A stretch of 42,461 nt of DNA from Aquificaceae bacterium. GTDB lineage: Bacteria; Aquificota; Aquificia; Aquificales; Aquificaceae. A model generated the notes under the pieces. The model saw only the letters and a list, made by a program, of their open reading frames with translations. It had not been told where the DNA came from and did not search any database. Location of the stretch: contig JBEPZX010000011.1 of assembly GCA_041640635.1 (NCBI GenBank), positions 1-42,461 on the forward strand, written 5' to 3'. The translations under genes were made by a program, and so were the position numbers. Of this stretch, positions 37,844 through 42,461 are shown piece after piece (the first letter of the stretch is position 1; each line of letters opens with the position of its first letter).

Positions 37844-38707
37844 TTAAATATCGTCTCTAAAACTCAAAGCTAAAGCGCCCATACCCATACAAAATTCTCC
37901 GCAAGGAGCATACTCTATCTTAAGGCAACTTGCTGGAAGGTTCTCTACCATGCTTTTGACTTGTTTATCCAATTCATTCAGAAATCCTTTTAAATTTTCT
38001 ACGAGACCACCGCCCAAAATAAGTGTATCTGGATTTAAGATATGCACCGTATTTAAGATTCCCGTTAACAAGTAACGTTTGAAGATTTCAATAGCTTCCA
38101 AAGCAGATTTGTCATTGTTTAAAGCTCTTTCAATTATTTGATAGTCTTTTATGCTCTCATTGCTTAGTCTAAAGTATAATCTCTCAAGTCCATAGGACGA
38201 ACAGTAGGCTTCCCAGCAACCTTTTCTGCCACAACTACAGATATCCCCGTCTATTTGAATTATGTGATGTCCAAGCTCTAAGCTACTTCCACAGCTTCCC
38301 AAATAAGGTTTACCTTCTATTACAAGTCCCGCTCCTAGTCCTGTGCCAATGGCTATAAAAACGAGGTTTCTTGATTCTCTATAGTAGTAGTGCCAGAGAC
38401 CATAGGCTCCAGCGCTAACATCGTTCATTATTACGCACTTTATTCCTAAGGATTCTGTAAAAGATTTCAAATCTATACCATCCAAAATAGGTATGTTAGG
38501 CGATCTATATACGACACCCTCTAAAGATGTGTATCCTGCTACTGCTATACCTACTTTATTGGGCTTTCCGTCAGTTATTATTTTCTTTAAGGTTTCCAAG
38601 AAAACTTTCTTGTCTTTTATGTAATCTTTTATAAAGAACTTTTCTCTTTTTCCATTCTCCCACACGACTTTTACAAAGCTACCACCTATGTCTATCCCTT
38701 TTCTCAT
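37844..38707 (-). CDS. ROK-family sugar kinase (glucokinase-like)
   Basis: GIDIGGS, ND, IGTGLGAG, ELGH, CSCGRKGCWE; no HTH. Confidence 0.9.
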   Translation of the reverse strand: MRKGIDIGGSFVKVVWENGKREKFFIKDYIKDKKVFLETLKKIITDGKPNKVGIAVAGYTSLEGVVYRSPNIPILDGIDLKSFTESLGIKCVIMNDVSAGAYGLWHYYYRESRNLVFIAIGTGLGAGLVIEGKPYLGSCGSSLELGHHIIQIDGDICSCGRKGCWEAYCSSYGLERLYFRLSNESIKDYQIIERALNNDKSALEAIEIFKRYLLTGILNTVHILNPDTLILGGGLVENLKGFLNELDKQVKSMVENLPASCLKIEYAPCGEFCMGMGALALSFRDDI

Positions 38708-38713
38708 AGATTT

Positions 38714-39139
38714 TTAGTTTAATTTTACAGATACTATTTTTAAACTGTCTTCTTGAGAGATAGCTTCTATGTTGAGTGTAGATTTTTCATTATTTTTCTG
38801 TAAGACTGCTGTATAAATGATCTTATGTTTTTCTTTACCTAATTGGAATTTAAAGTTCGAGCTTTTAACTTGAAGATCCCTGGTTTTGTAACAAATTTGC
38901 TCTATATCTCTTGGATTTAGGCTATCTTCTAATATGTCTTTCATTTGGTATATTTTTTTGCAATTTTCTTTCCCTAAGGTTATGTTTATAAGAGGCGTCA
39001 TAGTTTCCTTATAATGAACCTTTTTTTTGTAGTCTTCATAAAATATTAAAACAGCTACGATTATAGGGTACAGTAACGCGAAAGATACTATTGAGTATAT
39101 TAGAACATCTTCACTCTTGAAGTTGATCTGGATTTTCAC
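38714..39139 (-). CDS. Hypothetical single-TM protein
   Basis: GTG start in a GTGA overlap with the corA stop; one hydrophobic helix. Confidence 0.55.
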   Translation of the reverse strand: MKIQINFKSEDVLIYSIVSFALLYPIIVAVLIFYEDYKKKVHYKETMTPLINITLGKENCKKIYQMKDILEDSLNPRDIEQICYKTRDLQVKSSNFKFQLGKEKHKIIYTAVLQKNNEKSTLNIEAISQEDSLKIVSVKLN

Positions 39140-40077
39140 AGCCAACCTTTCCTTTTTACCCAATACAATAGTGCCAATGTTACCCAAACCATTAGCACTA
39201 GAGAATACACATATCCATACTTCCAATGAAGTTCTGGCATGAAATCGAAGTTCATACCGTATATGCTGGCTATAAGCGTTGCGGGTAAGAACGTAGTTGC
39301 CAAAACAGTAAAGACCTTTACTGCTTCATTCTGTCTTATGCTTATTATTCCGAGTAGGGAGTTTTGTATGCTGTCAAGTTTATCCATGTAGAAAGTAGTA
39401 TAGTCCAAAAGAGTATGAAAATCATCCAGTATTATTTTTATTTCTCTCTTTGTTTGAGCATTTATACGTGGACTCTTTATAAGATGAGAGAGAACCCTTA
39501 TTCTTTCATTTAAGGTTTCTCTTAGTGTGATGTTTAATTCGTCATAGTATGATATTTCTTTTATCATTTCTTCAGATTGCTCTACAAAAACCTCTTTTCT
39601 TAGATTTCTAATACGTTTTCCTAATATTTCAAGCCTATCACCAATTCTATCAACTTCTATATTCATAATTTCTAGAAGAATGCCTTCTGCAAACTGAAAG
39701 TTTAGACCATGCAATTGGGATCTTCTTTGAAATATCATCAATGTTGGAATATCTTTGTACCTTATTGATATAAAATACCTACCTTTTATGAAGAAAATTA
39801 CAGGTTCTACAGAAATGTCCTCCTTCTGTTGAATCAAAAAGGAGAAGGTAAGATAAATAGCTTCTCCTTCTTCTCTATACTTGCTACTTATCTCTATGTC
39901 CCCAAATACTTCTCTAGGTGGCATGCTAAAACCTACTGTGCTATGTAGCCAACTTATTTCTTCATCCGTAGGTTTCTCTACATCAAACCATATTACTTTA
40001 TCCCTTGGAATATCAGAGAATTGATCCAGTTGGTACTCAGAAAACCCAGAATTTATGTTTGCATATATGTAAATCAT
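39136..40077 (-). CDS. corA: Magnesium/cobalt transporter CorA
   Basis: IYGMNFDFMPEL.W.YGY signature, two C-terminal TMs. Confidence 0.95.
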   Translation of the reverse strand: MIYIYANINSGFSEYQLDQFSDIPRDKVIWFDVEKPTDEEISWLHSTVGFSMPPREVFGDIEISSKYREEGEAIYLTFSFLIQQKEDISVEPVIFFIKGRYFISIRYKDIPTLMIFQRRSQLHGLNFQFAEGILLEIMNIEVDRIGDRLEILGKRIRNLRKEVFVEQSEEMIKEISYYDELNITLRETLNERIRVLSHLIKSPRINAQTKREIKIILDDFHTLLDYTTFYMDKLDSIQNSLLGIISIRQNEAVKVFTVLATTFLPATLIASIYGMNFDFMPELHWKYGYVYSLVLMVWVTLALLYWVKRKGWL

Positions 40078-40096
40078 CGATTAATATTTTAAACTT

Positions 40097-41344
40097 ATGC
40101 ATATATTAGTTCACATTTGTTGTGCTCCAGATACAGTATATTTCATTAAACAATTAAGGGATAATTACCCAAATGCCAGAATGAGTGCTTTTTTCTATGA
40201 TCCTAATATCCATCCTTACGAAGAGTATAAACTAAGAATGATAGAATCAAAGAGAATCTGCCAAGAATTGGGTATAGATTTTATAGAGGGTGAGTATAAC
40301 GTAGAAGACTGGCTTTTGTCTGTTAAAGGACTAGAGCAAGAGCCAGAAAGGGGCAAAAGGTGCCATGTATGTTTTGATTTCAGGTTAGAAAGATCTGCCA
40401 AGCTAGCTAAGGAAATAAATGCTACACACATGACCACAACCCTTTTGATGAGCCCAAAAAAGGATATAAAGGTCTTAACAGAGATTGGAAATAGGGTTTG
40501 TAGTTCTTATCAAATTGAGTTTATAAGTGTGGACTACAGAAAAGGTGGTGGCATACAGGAGATGAATAAGCTCTCTAAAGTTTATCAACTGTATCACCAA
40601 GATTACTGTGGATGTGTGTATGCACTTTTCCAGCAAAAAAAGGAAAACGCCCTGTGGGACCTAATAGCTTACAAAGGCAGAAGACCAGGAAGCAAAGAAG
40701 AAAAATACTTCATCAAACTAATAAGAACTTATGCAGAATCCATAGGCATAAAATGCAACGAATGGGAGTTTAGCTTTCTCAATTGGAGACCTCTTATAGG
40801 AAGGTTGGAAGCAAACAAAGAAGTTATACCTTCCTACATTTTGGCATATTCACAATCTATTAAAGGTATTTTGAAAACGCAAATTCAAGAAGAGAAAGGA
40901 AACACCTTATACTACGAAAAGCAAGGACTAAAGGTTATTTTGGTTGATGAATTTAAAGACATAGCCTTAGAAAAGCCAAGATACGAAACCTCTCCTACAT
41001 TTATAGTCCCATCAAGCTACAGGGAAATTCTTGTTAACAGTAAAGTTAGCGCCACACTCAAAACGGAAGTTTTTTACGATACAACATTTGTCTTACTTAT
41101 AGGAAGTATTGAGGCTAAAAGAATTTTATGCTTTTCGGCGGATACAACCCAGTGTGGAAGTGGTGTAGATATTGAAGAGGTGGTAGATCTTATAAATGTA
41201 AACAAAGAAAGTATAATGAAGGAAGAACTATCGATATTGCTTGCTGGTGCAGAAAGTTTGGGTAAGTTGGGAAGCTCGTATTTTATAGAAAGAACAGGCA
41301 AAGATTTAGAGTTTTATTTCCACTCGAGAGCTTTCGTCGTATAG
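40097..41344 (+). CDS. queH: Epoxyqueuosine reductase QueH with long C-terminal extension
   Basis: HICCAPD, PNIHPYEEY, EPERGKRC..C, TTTL..SP.K, Y.QDYCGC. Confidence 0.88.
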   Translation: MHILVHICCAPDTVYFIKQLRDNYPNARMSAFFYDPNIHPYEEYKLRMIESKRICQELGIDFIEGEYNVEDWLLSVKGLEQEPERGKRCHVCFDFRLERSAKLAKEINATHMTTTLLMSPKKDIKVLTEIGNRVCSSYQIEFISVDYRKGGGIQEMNKLSKVYQLYHQDYCGCVYALFQQKKENALWDLIAYKGRRPGSKEEKYFIKLIRTYAESIGIKCNEWEFSFLNWRPLIGRLEANKEVIPSYILAYSQSIKGILKTQIQEEKGNTLYYEKQGLKVILVDEFKDIALEKPRYETSPTFIVPSSYREILVNSKVSATLKTEVFYDTTFVLLIGSIEAKRILCFSADTTQCGSGVDIEEVVDLINVNKESIMKEELSILLAGAESLGKLGSSYFIERTGKDLEFYFHSRAFVV

Positions 41345-41500
41345 ATAAATTCTTCCTTCTTCCTCATCTTTTGTTCTTTTGTGAGATCCATCGCAGAAAG
41401 GAAGTTTTTTAGAAAGCCCACACTGGCAAATGTAATACGTTTCATCACCAGCTTCCAGCTTGTAAGGTGCCTTTTCTGTTTTTAAAACCAATCTAGCCAT
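41306..41500 (-). CDS. CDGSH iron-sulfur domain protein
   Basis: CQCGLSKKLPFCDGSH; SD GGAGG before ATG 41500. Confidence 0.92.
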   Translation of the reverse strand: MARLVLKTEKAPYKLEAGDETYYICQCGLSKKLPFCDGSHKRTKDEEEGRIYLYDESSRVEIKL

Positions 41501-41531
41501 CTTAAACCTCCCATAATAAAGTAAATTTAAT

Positions 41532-42371
41532 TTAGTCTGGTAATACTTCAAACCTTATTGGTGAGCCATCCTCTGTTCTAAGTTCATACAAGATACCACA
41601 TGAATCACCGCTACGTCCCACCTTTCCTAATACTTGTGATTTCTTTACGATTTCACCCTTTTTTACAAAGGAGTTTTCTGCTTTAGCGTATACGGATATA
41701 AATCCATCCTTTTGGTTTATCATTACTACCCAGTCATACTGTTTAAGACTGTTACCAGAATATATAACTTTGCCATCCTCCACAGCTCTAAAAAATTCGT
41801 TACAAGAGGTTTTAATAAATACGCCTCTTTCTGCACGTTCCACTGTACCTTTTACAGGTAGTTTTACTTTAGGAATAATAGGACTTGTTTGATTGGAGTC
41901 GGTTTGTGGGAGATTAGAGTTTGCTTGGTTTGAAACTACCTCCAAATTAGGTAAAGATATAACTATAGATATACCAAAAGAGGTTCTTTGATCGTATACA
42001 TTTGCATAAGGTGTATCAATAACCAAACGAACACCCCATGGGTGATAACCTACTCTATACTTTATGTCCTTATCAAGTGAACTTACCTTTATATTAAAGT
42101 TGTCATAAATATCTATTGTCACTCTATCGGGATTTTTTAATGTAGATAATTTGTAATTAATCGCCTTATCAATTTCTATGTTCACATTTATTGTACTCTC
42201 ATTCCTTTTTAAGGATACAGTTAAAGCTTTTGAAGAATTGCTAGGTGTGTAAGCAAAATTTCTTTCCTTCATACTCTTCCCTTTGTCTCTTATTTCTATT
42301 ACGCCACAAGAACTAATCAATAAAATAAATACCGCTACTATAAGCACCACTTTGAATGGAATTATAAGCAT
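41532..42371 (-). CDS. Lipoprotein with AMIN-like domain and degenerate M23 (LytM) domain
   Basis: Lipobox ISSC, LKNPDRVTID..RLVID, A..DGKVIYSG, VKKGEIVKKSQVLGKVG. Confidence 0.78.
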   Translation of the reverse strand: MLIIPFKVVLIVAVFILLISSCGVIEIRDKGKSMKERNFAYTPSNSSKALTVSLKRNESTINVNIEIDKAINYKLSTLKNPDRVTIDIYDNFNIKVSSLDKDIKYRVGYHPWGVRLVIDTPYANVYDQRTSFGISIVISLPNLEVVSNQANSNLPQTDSNQTSPIIPKVKLPVKGTVERAERGVFIKTSCNEFFRAVEDGKVIYSGNSLKQYDWVVMINQKDGFISVYAKAENSFVKKGEIVKKSQVLGKVGRSGDSCGILYELRTEDGSPIRFEVLPD

Positions 42372-42461
42372 TTGGTATATTTTCTACTAAATCTAAAGCC
42401 TTTGTGGACTCTGTGTGTTTGTTTTTTTCCGATATTTGTCCAGATATTCCATGAAGAACTA
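42313..42461 (-). CDS. 3' end of a truncated CDS, probably NAD(P)HX dehydratase (NnrD/YjeF C-terminal)
   Basis: Hand translation VLHGISGQI...KALDLVENIPNAY...FID-stop (TAG 42315-42313) matches the LHG.AG...A.DL...IP ending; not in the ORF track. Confidence 0.55.
   Translation of the reverse strand, partial: VLHGISGQISEKNKHTESTKALDLVENIPNAYNSIQSGAYSSGIYFID

Overview
AT-rich, very densely packed chromosomal segment that, from gene content and scrambled gene order, most resembles an Aquificaceae (Hydrogenobacter/Thermocrinis/Aquifex-like) thermophilic chemolithoautotroph. It holds about 55 CDS and 3 tRNAs (Lys-TTT, Gly-GCC, Cys-GCA; none encodes CCA). Housekeeping genes (epmA, epmB/kamA, bioF, flgDE, lpxA, glmU, gmk, rpoZ, dksA, asd, rpsT, murJ, trpC, purD, corA, queH) surround a thiosulfate-oxidation cluster (soxW-like, soxY, soxZ, soxA, soxX, soxB, tandem DUF302; no soxCD) and an ahpC + atypical trxB pair. 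Other sulfur-handling genes are scattered: an LbpA/GcvH-like protein, a TusA-DUF3343 fusion and a JAMM peptidase. No transposase, integrase, prophage or CRISPR array is visible. The most unusual signals are: SoxY ending at GGC-TGA with a GC hairpin exactly 11 nt downstream (terminator or SECIS-like); a pervasive leaderless promoter layout, with three divergent gene pairs only 19-21 bp apart; a TrxR lacking the NADPH motif and ending in Trp, under stacked FNR-like and Fur/PerR-like boxes; and several degenerate or variant enzymes. All family calls come from motif recognition only, with no database searches run.
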